A stretch of DNA of 64,000 bases from the human T2T-CHM13v2.0 reference genome, Homo sapiens (GCF_009914755.1 NC_060933.1); one strand, 5' to 3'; counted from the stretch's first letter, positions 17,480 through 35,510 are shown. Translations and numbers: made by a program. The notes: generated by a model not told the origin, from the sequence alone.

Positions 17480-18150
17480 GTGATATTTATTCAACAAATA
17501 TTCATTGAGTATACCTGGTATGTAACATGCTTTAAGAATACACCAGTGAACCAAACAGAAATATCTGACATTACAGAACTTAACATTCCAGTATTTGGAG
17601 ACAGACGATAAAAAAGTGAACATGTATATTTACAGTTTGTCAAGGAATGATAAATGAAGACTCTTAAAGTAGATGGGGAATTGGGAGTGAAGTCTGTAAT
17701 TTAAATAGGGTGGGCAGGAAAGCTTCACAGAGAATGGGACATTTAAGAATAGACTTGAAGGACAGGCAAGAGCAATCTCTATGTTTATATGGGAGAAAAG
17801 GTTCCAGGCAGATGCAGTAACAATGGCAAATATCCTGAAGTAGGATCATGCTGGAGTTTTTGTGGAGCAGCAAGGAGGCTAGTGTGACTGCCACAGAATC
17901 ACCCAAGGGAAGATGAGAAGATCAGACCAGACCAGCAATTGGGCATCTAATGGGAAAAGTTTCTCAAGCCATCATAAAAATTTCACTTTTACTATAAATA
18001 CTACGAGAAACCATGGGATGTTTTACAGTAAGAAAGGTGGCATAATATGTTACATGTTTTAAACAAACTCTATAGCTTCTGAGTTGAAATAGATTGTAGG
18101 GGCTCATGGCAGAAGCAGAGGGAACATTTAGGAGACTACTGTAAAGAATA
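17480..18150. mobile_element. L2 fragment
   Basis: ATTTATTCAACAAATATTCATTGAGT start and purine-rich L2-like body. Confidence 0.55.
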
Positions 18151-18439
18151 TCATGAAAAGAACAAACAACGCTATGTAACATGCTTAAATGGACTGAAGA
18201 AGATGTATAAAATCAAAATGATGTTACCTTCACACCTTGAATCAGTACGATAAACCCCCCTCCCCAATCACAAAAGAAAAACTAAACACAAAAACCAGGC
18301 TTTGGTTGCTCAGACAATTTTACAGGTGAGTTCTAGCAAACATGCAAAGAACGTTTAATTGCACTGTTACAGAAATTCTTCTGGAGACAAGAAAATAAGA
18401 CACATCACCCAACCAATTTCATAATAACAATGTCAATGT

Positions 18440-18960
18440 ATAATAACAGAAAAAGTGGATCTCCAAAGAAATAAATTTATTTGGAAATAAACAAGGATTA
18501 TAATCTGAGATATTTGTGCTATGATCAATCATAGGTGCATCCCAAGAGGTTGAGGTAAGGAAAATATGTAAAGACAAAAAGAAGTCCATGCAAGCTGTTT
18601 TGAAACAAACATCATTGGTCACAGGGTCTGATGCAGGAGCTGGTGTTAACTTACTGGCAGAAACAGCCATTGCTAGGCAAGTGTTCTTGTGAGGGTGGCT
18701 TATCTGAAATGCTGCAGTCTTGAGGAATTTTTTATGATAGGTCCTATTATAGAGACACCTACAGGATGAGCTGGACAAACAGAGTGTGCTGGGTGGGCAG
18801 AAATTTCTTGTGAGTTTATAGAAAGTCCTTGTGATAGTGCTTATCGTGGACAGACACACAAGATCCCCTTTTTCATGACCCGGCTCCACTTTGCTTTGGG
18901 TCTGATGTAAGTGACTTTGCCTTGTCATTGGCAACTTTCACTGTAGTATAATCTGCACAT
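18440..18960 (-). mobile_element. Probable ERV1-class LTR remnant (MER34/39-like)
   Basis: Minus strand CCAATGATGTTTGTTTCAAAACAGCTTGC ... CCAAATAAA LTR-like organisation; family uncertain. Confidence 0.4.
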
Positions 18961-21900
18961 CAAAGTTACCTAACAATAGTACAAAGAAAGAAAATTAAAG
19001 GTATATCTCTTTCAAAAATATAAACCCCAAAATTGTTAGGAAATTGTAGTGAGTATAAAAGATAATTCATTATAATAAACATCTCAAGCTTCACAGAATT
19101 CTGACCTTTGCTACACTCTCATCCACAATCTTTTCTCCTAGTAAATGGCAGCTCCTTCTGTTAAGTTGCTGAGGCTTCTTATTGCTTTTTTCTTCAAATA
19201 ACAGTCAGAACTGAACAACTGTAATCATCCTAGTCCATACAATTGTTATATTTTCATTTAAAGAAGATCAATGTGTGATTCTTTTTTTATATATTTCTGG
19301 ACAATTCTTTATATTTTAATAGTAGTCAGAATTTGATCAGGAAAACAGAAGACATCCTATGTATTATAATGATAAAAGTTTAATATTAATTAGGGCCTTA
19401 TGCTATTATTGGAAGAGCTTGGTGAATAGATATTAGAAAAGCAGCTAGACAAAAATCAGAAGAGGTCTGTTTTATATCAGAGATCTTAGCCTGACAGTCT
19501 AGAGTGTGGGCACAGAACCCAAGCTTATAGGAATTTCTGAAAGGTCTGTAAATCTTATCCAGATGGACAGTGGGAGCTCATAAAGGATTCTGCAAGCCAT
19601 CACATCTGTCAAACCTGCTATGTCTAATCCTTAAGCCTGCTTTATTTGAAGACCTCCTCTTCACTCCTCATTTCCAGCTCTCATGAGTTTCTTTCATAGG
19701 CAAACCCAGACCTGGAACAATGTGCCTGAAGACTTCGGGTGACACAGTACCCAGACTTAAATAGGAGGGGAGCCATGGTGGAAGTGGCCATCCAGCACAA
19801 TTTTCTTGGTCTTTACTCATAGTTTTGATTCCTTAAAAAAATTAACCACATTAAAATATGTGTTTCATAATCTACATCTAATAATACAAATATTTAAAGT
19901 CTTTTCAAGTTTGAATACGCTACCCATGTTGCTGCTACCCCCATTTTGTGTGTGTGATTTTTGTGTGTGTGTTAGAAGCTCATGACCTTTGAAACCTGCT
20001 CTTATGAGCTTGCTTTGATGATTTATTTGTCCAGAGAGGATTTTTTTTCCTACCTAGCATTTTGGACTGCTATCAACCTGAGACCACTTTGAATTAAATT
20101 CTCAGCTTGCAAATTTGGAAGCCACACAGATTGTGTGAGTTCAGGCTGAAACCTGTTTGAGAGCTGGATTCTGGCTATAAACTCCACAGGGAACATTTTC
20201 TCTCTCCACTCAGAGCTGAGACCATAGGGAAATTTATTTGCTAGCTCACTTTGAAGGTTTATTTTATTTATTTTTTAAATTTCTAGTACACGTGCTCACT
20301 GAAGGTGTAATACTTATGTGAGAATCTCAAAATCAGTTGTGTTCTTTGTATGACCCTGGTTTTGTTTCCTCCTGCTCTCTTACTTTCAGTGTGTCTCAGT
20401 ATGTCTGCTCAATATGTCATCTTAAATTTCAACTGAGGGTGGATCTTCTTCCCAGCTCACTCACATGGTTCTTAGCTAGATTCAGTTTCTCTCCATTTGT
20501 AGGACTGAGGACCTCAGTTCTTCACTTAGGGTTGGCTACAGGTAATCATCAATTTCTTGTAACAGGACTTACACTGGGCCACTGACAGCATGCCAGTTGG
20601 CTTCATTCAAATGAGAGGGCAAGAGAGAGAGAGAGAGGGAGAGGGCACAAGAAGAAATTCACAGTATCTTATAATCTAATCTCAGAAGTGGCATCTCATT
20701 TCTTTTGTTCTATTCTATTCAATAGAAACAAGTACCTGGGACCAGCTTACACTATAGGAAAGAGATTATATAAGGGTATAAATACCAAGAGGTAGAGATC
20801 ATCAAGAGCCATTCTGGTAGCAGCCACAATATCTTATCCAGAATATTTCTTATTCAGGCCTTCAAATGTGCTGTCTTTTCTGGTCTAATGGAAATGAACC
20901 TTCCTTCCATAATATTTCTTCTCCTAAATTGTACTCTGGCTCTCTTATCATATACAAACGTCTATGTTAGGTATTTGTGTCTGTCTTGATTCTTGGTAGG
21001 CTTTTAAACTCTGTGAATGTTGGACTGTGATGTAGACATCATTTCACCGCACACTCTGTAACCACCAAACCTTAGCAGCTTATTCAGTAAGCACATACTT
21101 GGCTCTTAATGAGTATTGCTTAAATTGATGAATTGAATTAGTATTTTACCTTCTCTGTTGCTTAGCTAAGCAGAAGAATTTGTCATTTTTTTAATTTAGT
21201 GACTGGTTCTATTAAAAGTTACCTTTGTCTATATCATTTTGTTATACTAAAGCACAAATGTATAAGGTCAAAAAACATTCTCAAGATTTTGTTTAAACCA
21301 CAGCCCTCAGTTGTGTATATTTATCTCTTGTTTTCATATGCAAGATTTCTCCTGAAATGGGCAACAATTACAAGAGTTTTTTTCCTCTTCTGAACTAAGA
21401 AAATAAATATTTAATTCACAAGTTTAGAAAAGTGAACCTGAGAAATCACAGGGCTAGGTGGGTTATGAGGCCCACTGGTACATGATAGTGTTGAATGTGG
21501 ATTAGAATGAACTCCGTGGATTAGAATCTCAGACCATAGGCAAACATTTACTTGTTTTAGAATAAGCACATTTGAGTCTGCAATAAGTATTACTATTTTT
21601 AAGTTGAAAATGTAATTGGTTTCTAATAATAACCATATTGGCTAGCATTATTTCAATCGTGTTTAATGTTTTCCAATGTCATTTCATGTCAGATATCTCT
21701 CTTGATTCTTAGTAACAATTTGGACAAGACAGCAAATGCTATTGTCCACGTTTTCTAAAGAAGAATCTGAAGTGAAATGACATCAAGAGACCTATCAAGA
21801 CCTGTATCCAGGAAAAGGTAAATCTGAGCTGAAATTGTAGCCCTTGTAAATTACCTACGTGACATACCAGATAGTGTTCATGATCCATTTAGTACTCTGT

Positions 21901-23109
21901 TCTAAAAATGAGACAATATCCATTTATTCACTTGTTCATTTATTTAGTGTGTGTTCAGCCCTTACTGCATATTCCAGGCACTATTCTGACTGTGGCAGGA
22001 GTGAACAAACAGGCATGGTTCTTACTTGCATGTAATTACAGTCTTATAGTGAAAACAAGTGTTAAACAACAAAATCTCCCAATTATTTTAAAATTATAAA
22101 CTTGATTCGATACTATGTGGCCATATAATTGTTCCTAATTTGGTTGGAGAAGGGAGGCAGTTAGGGAAGCCTTCCCTGAGTTAGTGCCATTTAACCTGAA
22201 TTATGATAGATGATAAGTAATTTGTCAGGGGAAAAATACTCCAGGAATAAAGAACAGGTACAAAGGTCAGGTTTTGGGAAGAGCTTGTCTTGGTCCAGGA
22301 GCTAAAAAATGTTAGAGTGGCTGGATCTGGGAAAGAGACAAAGAGTTATTAAATGAGGCAGCAGGCTTCAGCAGGTGCCACATTGCTCAGGGCCTTGTAG
22401 GCCATGCTAAGGATTTGGGATGTTAATGTCAGTACAAACAATTGAGTCGTAAGCAGAAAGTAAAAGCATGATTCCATCAAATGTTATTCTCTAAACAGTA
22501 ATTTTATAAATACAGGTTAAATGTGTGTGGTCCCAGCTACTCAGGAGGTCCCAGCTACTCAGTATTCCTTTTCAACAAATATTAGATGCCTACTATTAGC
22601 CAGGTACAGCCCTTAGCTACTTTGAATGAAGCATATATTACAAACTGGCAGAATTTCTTAAACAAAGAATCTAAAGTTGTTTATACACCATAATCTCGGT
22701 ATTTTATAAATTTCTTGAAATTATTTTTATGTACACTGCTTTGCAGAATTTTAACTGGCTTTGAAATAAACAATGACAATAGTCCTCCATGTTACTAGTT
22801 TCAAATTTTCCCAATACCTACTAAGACATTACTTAATCCACAGATTTACTGTCAATAGTTTGTATCAAATTGTGATAACATATTTGAAATTAATATTTCA
22901 AATTAAAGCAAAATCACAAATTTATACTTTATATTATGAATGAGATTCACAAAAGGAGCATGATAATATATTCTGTTGTCATCGCATACAAAATAATAAC
23001 ATATAGAGTATGAATCAATAATTTTTCAAATACAAAGCTATTACAATTAGGAATACAAAGAAATCATAATTAGGAATACTTCTACAATATTAACACACAA
23101 TAGTGGTAA

Positions 23110-23439
<330 letters not shown>

Positions 23440-23569
23440 AGTGGTGGGTCTCATATCTCAATGTGGACTTTTACTAACTCCCAATGCCTCAGTTTCCTCA
23501 TCAGTTGAAAGGAATGAATGAAAGATATGTGTTTTTCATATTACCAGGTAGATGATAAGGAGATTTTAA

Positions 23570-24425
23570 TTTTCTTTTTTTTTTAACTTTTATTTTAAGT
23601 TTAGGGGCATTTGTTACATAGGTAGACTGGTGTCACAGGGGGTTATTGTACAGATCATTTCATCACCCAGGTATTAAACCTAGTACCCAATAGTTATCTT
23701 TTCTGTTTCTCTTCCTTTTCTCACCCTCCACCCTCAAGTAGACCCCAGTGTCTGTTTTATTCTTTGTTTTCATGAGTTCTCATCATTTAGCTCCCACTTA
23801 TAACTGAGAGTATGCTGTATTTGGTTTTCTGTTCCTGCATTAGTTTGCTAAGGATAATAGAAGGTCCATCCATATTCCAGCAAAAGACATGATATCATTT
23901 TTTAATGGCGGCATAGTATTCTATGGTGTATATGTACCACATTTTCTTTATCCAATCTGTCATTGATGGGCATTTAGGTTGATCCCATACTTTTGCTATT
24001 GTGAACAGTGCTGCAATGAACATTTGTATGCATGTGTCTTTATGGTAGAATGGTTTATATTCATCTGGGTATATACCCAGTAGTGGGATTACTGGGTCGA
24101 ATGGTAGCTCTGCTTTTAGCTCTTTGAGGAATCACTTTCCTTGCACAATGATTGAACTGATTTGCACACCCAACAACAGTGTATAAGCATTCCCTTTTCT
24201 CCATAGCCTCACTAGCATCTGTTATTTTTTGACTTTTTAATGATAGCTATTCTGACTGGTGTGAGATGGTATCTCATTATGGTTTTGATTTGCATTTCTC
24301 TAATGATCAGTGATGTTGAACTTTTTTTTTGTATGTTTGTTGGCTGCATGCATGTATTCTTTTGAAAAGTGTCTGTTCATTCCCTTTGCCCAATTTTAAT
24401 GGGGTTGATTGTTTTTCTTTTGTAA
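23570..24425 (-). mobile_element. L1PB/L1PA-like 3' end
   Basis: TTTTTAACTTTTATTTTAAGTTTAGGGG...ATATACCCAGTAGTGGGATT...GGTATCTCATTATGGTTTTGATTTGCATTTCTC. Confidence 0.88.
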
Positions 24426-24507
24426 ATTTCTTTACATTTGAAATGTTTTTATTATTAAGTTGAGCTGCCTCATTCTTAGTATGGTTTTTCACTTTAAAAA
24501 GCATAAA

Positions 24508-24680
24508 GGTGGACATGGTGGCATATGCTAGTAATCCCAACTACTGGGGAGACTAATACAGGAGGGTTGCTTGAGCCCAGGAGTTCAAGGCTATAATGTG
24601 CTATGATCATGACTGTGAACAACCACTGTACTGCAGCCTGGGCAGAGTGACATAGTGAAACCATATCTCTAAAAAAAGAG
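24508..24680 (+). mobile_element. Old Alu monomer (FLAM/FRAM-like)
   Basis: TTGCTTGAGCCCAGGAGTTCAAGGCT...CAGCCTGGGC. Confidence 0.75.
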
Positions 24681-24900
24681 AAAATGTAATTTAAACATTT
24701 AAATACATATGTATATGTGTGTATATATGTATATATATTGCATATATCAAAAATGGTTTGTAGTTTCCATTCACAGCACATAGTAAAATGTCTTAACCTC
24801 CTCCCTCCTCCCTATGTGTGTTTTTCTAAGTGTGTGTCTTTTTTACCTTAATTTTTCTCTTAGTGTCTCATAGTCTTCTTAGGTCTCCCTCTTTCTTCTG

Positions 24901-24905
<5 letters not shown>

Positions 24906-24941
<36 letters not shown>

Positions 24942-24950
24942 CATACACAC
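24906..24950. repeat. (CA)n microsatellite
   Basis: Direct reading. Confidence 0.95.
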
Positions 24951-25955
24951 ATGTACCTTGAAAAATAGCTTTTCTTTTTCTTAAAACTTCCCAAAGCTTT
25001 CATAAAATTAGCCCTCAAGCACTCTTATGTATCTCATCCACTCTTCTTCCTCTCTCCCCTTCCTGAAGCCATTTGTAACTTACTCTATTACACTAGGAAG
25101 GGGAAGCAAATATTCATATTATTTTCTTGTTATATCCTTAGCCTTACTAGACCTTTGTGGTTTCTATGGATGAGGGACATAATATTTATTAATTTATTCT
25201 AAACTTTAGTCACTCATAATATACCCTTTTATTCCTCCTTCTTCTGTGATATTGGGAGTGTATAGTTGTCATTGTGACAAACCCTTTGCTGTCAGTATCT
25301 ATAGTGGATGGGGAGAAAAGGAGGGCTTTGCCAATCATCGTCTCCAGTGCATTTCCCACTGTCAGTGTCATTGTCTAATGCTGTTTGCATCCACACAGCC
25401 TAAGGGAAACCGTTCAAGTGAGTGACTCCCTCCCTTCACTTCAGCCCATCACTTGAGCATTTCTCTCCCTTGAAAAAAGACAAGTGGTGCTTCTAAGACT
25501 TGAGTAATTCTGAATATAATTGAGGACTAGATGTTCCTGTTTTATATCCTACAGGGCTGGCATCTCTAATGCTGAAAGTACAACAAAGTGCAGTGGTAGT
25601 CACTGAGTGTTCAGCCATGCTGGGTCATCAAAATAAAAGGAGATCATCTTCCCATTCCTATCAATGGCCTAATCTCTACCAGATATATAACTGGAAAAAC
25701 AATGCATTTGCTTAAACATCCACAGTGAGCCACACTTGTTCAGTGTTGTGGGGAAATGATGCAGAAACATCCTTGTTTATTAAGGATCCAATATTGATAG
25801 GCTGAGGCATATTTTTCCTCCCAAGTCTGCACATGGTCATGCATTAAATATTAATGAGCATCTTCTCTCTATCAGGCTTTGGGGGATATGTTCACCTCTT
25901 GGGAGGTGAACATGATAGATAAGATCCTTTCTCTCATGTAGCATTCTCTCCATTC

Positions 25956-26189
25956 TTTTTTTTTTTTTTTTTTGATAGTGACTAGCTCTGTCACCTAGGC
26001 TAGAGTGCAGTGGTGCAAACATGACTCACTGCAGCCTTGACCTCATGGACTCAAGTGATCCTCAAGTGATCCTCTTGCCTCCACAACATCCAGCTAACTT
26101 TTAAACAATTTTTTGAAGAGAAGGTTTTGCCATGTTGCCTCAGCCTCCTGAAGTGGTGGGATTACAGGTGTGAGCCACTGCACCTGGCC
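25956..26189 (-). mobile_element. AluJ-like, deleted
   Basis: Poly-T plus antisense Alu with internal CTCAAGTGATC duplication. Confidence 0.85.
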
Positions 26190-26754
26190 ATGTTTTCTTT
26201 CCATTCTTGTGGAAGGCAGTAGTCAGCAAAACAGTTAATCAATTGAGAATATATTAGGTTGTTATAGGAACCATGAAAAAATAAAATAGAGTGTGTAAAG
26301 AAGGCTTGATGGCCAGGAAGCTTTTACAGGGAAGTGACATTGGAACTGAGACCAAATACTTAAAGAAGGCAGTTCTTTGAAGAGTTGATGGGAAAGTATT
26401 CCAAGAAGTGGGAATGGCAAGGGGAAAGGACTTAAGATGTAACCTCAGAATGATTAAGGAGGAGCATGGTACAAGAGGATGTCAGAAACATAGCCAGGAA
26501 AGAGAGCTATGCTTAAGTATTAGGATTTTATTCTTTGCAAAGGAAAAGCCCATTGAAGCTTTAAAGCAAGGCCCTAAGAGTTAACATAATTTTTTTAAGG
26601 TACCTTAAAAATTTTGCTGAATGAAGAATTCATTGAAGTGAGTCAGGAATGTATGATTTTGGACAACTGACACAATGCCTGAGGCATAGTTTCTTCATAT
26701 GGAAATTGGAGACAATGATCATATCTACCTTAGCAGATTATATAATGAATTATT

Positions 26755-27050
26755 TTCCTAGGGCTCCTGTAATAAGGTACCACAAACTGGGTAACTTAAG
26801 CAACAGAGATTTATTGCCTCACAATTCTAGAGGTGAGAAGTCCAGATCAAGAAGCTGGCAGGGCTAGGCTGCCTGAAAAGGTGCTAAGGAAGGAACTGTT
26901 CCAGTCCTCTTTCTCTCCTTCCAGTAGTTCCTTGGCTTGTGACAGCACAGTGTCAATTCTCATATGGCATCCTCCCCGTGTGCCTCTCTCTATGTCCAAA
27001 TCTCCCTTTTATTTAAGGACAGAGTCACAGTGGATTAGAACATCCCCATA
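26755..27050. mobile_element. MLT1-type LTR fragment
   Basis: CCTAGGGCTCCTGTAATAAGGTACCACAAACTGGGTAACTTAAG...TCACAATTCTAGAGG. Confidence 0.7.
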
Positions 27051-30000
27051 ACATGAAGATTGCATGAAATTATATACATAAATAACTCAACAATATAGCT
27101 TCCAAATAGAAAACACTCAGCCTTTGTCATCTCATCATTATTTGTTTACACCTTTGTATTATTGGTGTAGCTCTAGTCTTTTGAAAGGTGCAGTTACTCA
27201 TCTTTGTGTTTTCCACTCCTTTATAGCTAAGTGTAAGGTGCTTTTGCAAAATCCGGTACTGCATATTTGAGAAATGCTTTTTATTCCTACACATACTGCA
27301 TATACTGTTACACAATTCGATTTTGTAGGTCTAATGAAGTTGGTCTTTCTATGAGTTCCTATGGCTAAAAATAGTCACAATTGTGTACTCCAGTAAATTG
27401 TTAGAATGAAGGAAAATAGTTTGAGTGAAATTATCAATCTGGTTTTTCTGACTTCAGCTGTGTGTCATGTTTGGTTAGTCAGAGAAACATCTAATGTGAG
27501 GCCCCTGGAGGACAGCTGATAAGTAAGCATACCAAGTAGAATGGCTACTGGAAAAAGTGTGCCAGCTAGAGAGAGAGAGAAAAGAGAGAGTTAATTTACC
27601 ATTTGCTCAAGTAAGGAATGATCCACAAATTCAACAAAATCTAAGTAGTCTTAAAGGACATGTCATTGACAGATTTATCTTCTAGTCTCCCACTTTGTCT
27701 AATACTGCTTCAAAACAAAGCAATTTACTGAACCCAGTGGTCTCATTATTCTGGAGGTTTATAAGGTTAAAAATACCTGGAGTTTTGGGAGCAGCAATAG
27801 CACTGAAGTGGGATATTAGTAGTGATGCGTGTGTTTACAGCACCTGTGAACACACAGAGACTGAAGCTTGAAGGCTGATGACCCTGAGTTAGGGGAAAAG
27901 ATAAAACTTTTTATTAGATTTTTTTAATGTCGAGAAGAAAATTATTTATCTCCACATTTCTTGAATATTATCCTCTTACAGTTACGTCAATGATTCTCAC
28001 CCCAGTTATATATTAAAATTACCTGGAGATATATAAAGACTATCAATGTTCTACTCTTCTACAGATTAAATCATCATCACTGAGTGTGGCCCTCCAGCAA
28101 CCAGGTTTGAGAACCACTTTAGACCAGAATTTTTCTCTGTGCCATTCAGTAATGGCAATGATAACTGTAGGATATGCAAATTGCAGAAAGACAACGGCAA
28201 ATGATTTAACTTATCCCCAAACAGCTGAACTATCTTAAGCCTCATGGCTACTTTAGAGTGACCAAATCCATGTAGATGCCAGAAGTTGTGTCATACACCT
28301 ATTTCAAGGGACACATAGAATTTACCTATATATACCTACCTCAAGGGTCATGTCGGTTTACCATTCCCCTAAACAACAGCTTAATAGTATAAACTGCTGA
28401 ACTGCTGTCTGCCTAATATTTATTGTGGCTATACTTCTTCTTTTCTGTATTAAAGGCCACTGCTTTTCCCAGCTTGCTCTTTGTTCTCCATCATCTGTTG
28501 TGGGTCACTTGTGCTTTCTGTTTTTAACACCCGTGTTGCTGAAGTCATTTCTCCAATTCATGATCCATGAAACTACTTCAGCAGTGAAAATGGCACCCCT
28601 CAGGTTCAAGTCAACACTTTTATATTTCCCTCTAGGTCAAGATCCAAGCTATAGAAGAAATCAGGATATGTCAATTTTCTAGAGCAGCCAAGTTTTCTAA
28701 AAGTCTACCTAGCCATGTAGTTATGTAGCCTCACTCTCACTTAACAAAGAAAATTAAAAAGCACACCAGAAAAGACTTTTCCTGTTAAAAACACATGTTT
28801 ATTGTAGAAAATATAGCACGGAAAAAGAAGAAAATATAAGGCAACTAGAATTTCTCTAGTTAGAGATAACTATTATTTATTTGAGTGTGTGTATATATCT
28901 ATATATATATTGACATTCAGCTCTTATGTACTAGATACACACATCTACTGTTTCATAAGCTTTTTTCACAGAATAGATTATAATCAGTTATGTTTGTTAT
29001 CACCACAACATTTTCTTCTTGAAGACCTTCTGGAATGAGGCATTTGCTTTTCTATCTAGAGACCCTATCCTTTTAAAAGGTCCTTTATCTGTGGAAAGAG
29101 CTATTCTGGCCACAGTTACTGCCAAGAAACAAGGTGTTAGAAAAGGCCTAAAGTTAAGTGCAGAACTGCTGTGTTTTGATGAATATTCCGTTGTTTTGAG
29201 AGGAGGTAGAAGCATTCTCAGCTTCAGGATATTTGCTCACTACTCATTAGTCTCTCTGAGAAGTAGCAAACTTCAAAGGTTAAATATGAAGAGATGAGTT
29301 GTGTAATGCCTAGATGTCAGTAGCGGAGAAGGTATCTGAGCAAATTCAGAATTTTATCCCTGTCTCCATGGGCCTAGTGTGAAGAACAGTCATTTGTGTA
29401 AGTGGGTCTTTGTGTATATGGTACTGAATCAGGTCACTGAGTCAGAAACTTAGAGCTGTAAGGAAAGTGAGGTGCTCTCCAGTCCAGTGTTCTGGAATTT
29501 CTTCTGCAGTGGCCCCCAACAGCAGGTGGCAGCCTCGTCCATGATTGTATTCTTAAGTGACATGGTATTACTCTTTCTATTTGCAATCCATTTCACTGAT
29601 GGATAGTTCTAGAGATCTGAAATATTGAGATTTAGCTCAGTGTTGTTTATATGAAGATAGATTCCACTTTCCAACAATTCTCTTGTATGTATCTAATGTC
29701 TGCCGCATGGAATGTCACAGATTATGCTTCATACTTGTCTTCCTGAGTCTTCTTTATCCAGAACACCCTGAGTTTTTGAATGGTTGACATGCCAGCTGAC
29801 TTTCTGCAGATGTACTTCTCATGTGTAAATTTCCTTCTCTGTGAGGTATTCATATTGAACATGACCTCCAAGTGTGTTTGGGTCTGCGCAGAAGACAATA
29901 GGACTGTGATTTCTGATGATTAAAACCTGGATTGTATGTTACTGTGATCAGACCCTGAGACTGCGTTAGCAAGTTTTATAGCATCTGAGTCGCTCTGTTG

Positions 30001-30304
30001 GAGGAAAGTGCATGTGATGGGCATTTGCTTGCTTCCCCACCAGATTCTCTACCTTCACCCTTCCTGCAAGATTCCCTAGGAAGCTGACTTCTGCTGAATG
30101 CAACACTCAGGTTCTCTGCTTCCTAGATTCTAGTTGAGTTTGGTCCATGGGAGGCCTTGGCAGAAATTTTGAGAGTAAGAGCAAATAATTACTTAACCAT
30201 TAGAAAAAAATAACATGAATGTGTCCTTCTATCCATGACCTCAGTTCCTGTTGGGGAGCCTCGGTGCCAATCCCTCGGTGCATCACCATTTCTAATTAGT
30301 TCCT

Positions 30305-31050
<746 letters not shown>

Positions 31051-31219
31051 GTTCCCTTAACCCTGGAAAGAGATCCTTCATTAAACTCTTTCTGCTTAAT
31101 CCTTTGAGAGTGCAACAATTTCCTGCTAGGACCCTGACAGATAGAGGGACCATACAGATCACTAAAATGCTGAGGAATTTTTCAAATGAACTGCACCCAA
31201 CAGACCTCCCTGATTCTGA

Positions 31220-31543
<324 letters not shown>

Positions 31544-32355
31544 AACTTTAAAAAAAAACCCCAAATAGTACTTTGAACTTCACCCGCAGGGAGTTATTCA
31601 AATTGGTTGTCAGCCAGTTATTTCAGGTTGTTGAGATCATCTGGCTCTTGATTTTATTAATCATCTTAGCCTTCCCTTTCAACAATTTGCCGACTTTGTG
31701 CAAATTTTATTAATATGTGATCTCTGTTTTTATCCATGGAGAGGCAGTATAGTATCATAAGGAAAAATAGACTTTGGAGTAGGCAGAAATTAGGTTTGAA
31801 TTACTAGCCACGAGGCTTTGGGAACATTACTTAAACTCTATAAGCTTCAATTTCTTTATCTATAAGGTAGGTATAAAACCTGAAAGTTTTGGCATGAGTT
31901 TAGTAAAACTGTCTGTGAAGCCCTTGTGGACTGCTTGGTCCATGTAGGCATTTGATAAACGGTGGCTTTATATAGAGGAGGGAAATGCAAGCTATCTCAA
32001 AAAGAAATCAGGGAAATAAGAATGCCATCTGAAATCTGTCATATGAGAATGAAAGGAGCATAGACAGGTTTTGAGTGTGGGGTGAGGAGTAGGGGAGGGG
32101 AGGAGATAAGTGAACTGCCCCTCAGACTTCCAGGGAGGAGAAAAATGATGTCACTGGGAACTGCAGTCATTTGAAAAGATAGCAATCAAGCATTTCTTTC
32201 AGAGCCCTGTTCATCTTTCAGTGGCTTTGCTTCTCCAGATGCTTTTGCTCCTTCAATTATCTCTGCCTTCTCCCACCTCCTCTCCAACCATCTCTTCCCT
32301 TCCTTAATTCACAATTTTTCTCCCTCTTTTCAAGGCATAGTGCTTTGATTTATAA

Positions 32356-33460
<1,105 letters not shown>

Positions 33461-35121
33461 TGGATTTCTTTTTGACATAGAATTATTTAAGAGAAAGCTT
33501 TTAAATTTCCATGCTGTAATTTCTAGTTTTGTTGTGTCATAATCAGAGAATATAATCTGTAGCATTTCTACATTCTCTACTTTGCTTAGATGTTTTTAGG
33601 GTGGGGTGTGTAATATGTACTGAATTTTGTAAACATTTTGTGGACATACAAATTTCAATGTTTACTTTTTCAGGCTATAGGCTTTGCTACATAATTTTTG
33701 TGTATTTTGTGGTCCTCATATAGATTTTTTAATTATCTTTTTGCTGTGATAGAGATTAGAAGGGTAAATTAATGTCTCATTTACCATCATTTTTCTTTCT
33801 GTATCTCTTTTCATTTCCTGATGCTTTGGTTTTATGAAATCTTTATGTATAAAAATTGTGCACACATATCTTTATGCACAGTGTTTTGGATTTTACCCTT
33901 CATAATGAGCTTTTTTCTCTCCTTTGAATTTGACCTGGCCTGGTGTTAACAGCCCAGGTGTAAAATTCCAGTGAGAAAGAAGTCTGATGAGGAGTCAGTA
34001 GGATCTTTGTGTTGCTGAGAACTGCTCAGTAACACGGACAGCTCCCTGAACTCCAGGAAACATCCTGATTTAGTGTTTTGAGTATTGTGAAGCACAGTTA
34101 GAGCAGAAACATGGAGAATCACCTTAAATGGCAAATTGGCTTCTGGTCTTGCATAAGACTTCATTGAGGCCTAATGGGCTATGCAGGTCTACTGTCCAAA
34201 GTACAGAGGTTATTCCTAGTGTCTTTAATATTACTGTCCCTTTAGGCAAGATTATCCTTATGATAAGGGAGAGTGAATTAAGCTATTTTGGCTGAGGCAT
34301 ATTTTTATAAATTCATCCAATTAGCTTCCCTTGTTGTAGTTTTGGCTCACCAAACATTGTTCTCATTATAATTTAGCATCCCATATAATTTCATCTGCAG
34401 GGAGAGTCTGTACTAGGCATGGCGATGCTTACATGTCAGCCTGTGTGACTGCAAGAGTCTCAGTACAATTTGATAACATGGCACTCAGATTCTAGACATT
34501 ATTCTCTGTGTGCTTAGTGAGTGTGATGACATAACCTTCAGAAAGATTCATCCTTTCTCACATATTGATAAATCAACTTTTACATCTACAAAGTTGAGAG
34601 CCAGAAATTAAAACCTTATTAATTCACTAAGGCATCCCTATGACGGCAGTCTTCCAACTAGCTCCATTCTGGGGCACTCTGACATCATTATACACTTTCC
34701 AATGAAAGCAGGGAGTGTATGTGATTAAAGGGAGAGCCCTGTGGCACTCCTGAAAAATCTCCCCTCCCAGTTCACATTGACTTATTAACCAACACTCATG
34801 ATCATGTGAAACTCTAGAACTGGATCTGGGTGCCTGGCAGGATGACATGGTGTGAGGCTCAAGCAGCACTGTGGGAATTCAAGCATCTGTTTATTTCTGA
34901 GAGAAAAAGTGTAAAGCAAAATAATATCTTTTAACAAACGTTTGTATTTGACTAAAGAGGAAGCAAGCACTTAATTTATGAATTTGCTAATTGCTCTTCT
35001 GAGCTGAGAATATCTGTGTTGGATATTAGTCATTATCCATATTTGGCACAGAATAATCCCGAGGGTTAAATGACATTGTTCCTACAGTGGGCACCTGAAG
35101 ACTGGCTGTAAAAGCAATCCT

Positions 35122-35510
<389 letters not shown>

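Noticed and set aside
18419-18934. 171-aa ORF
   Set aside because: Non-ATG start, no recognisable domain, lies in LTR-like sequence.
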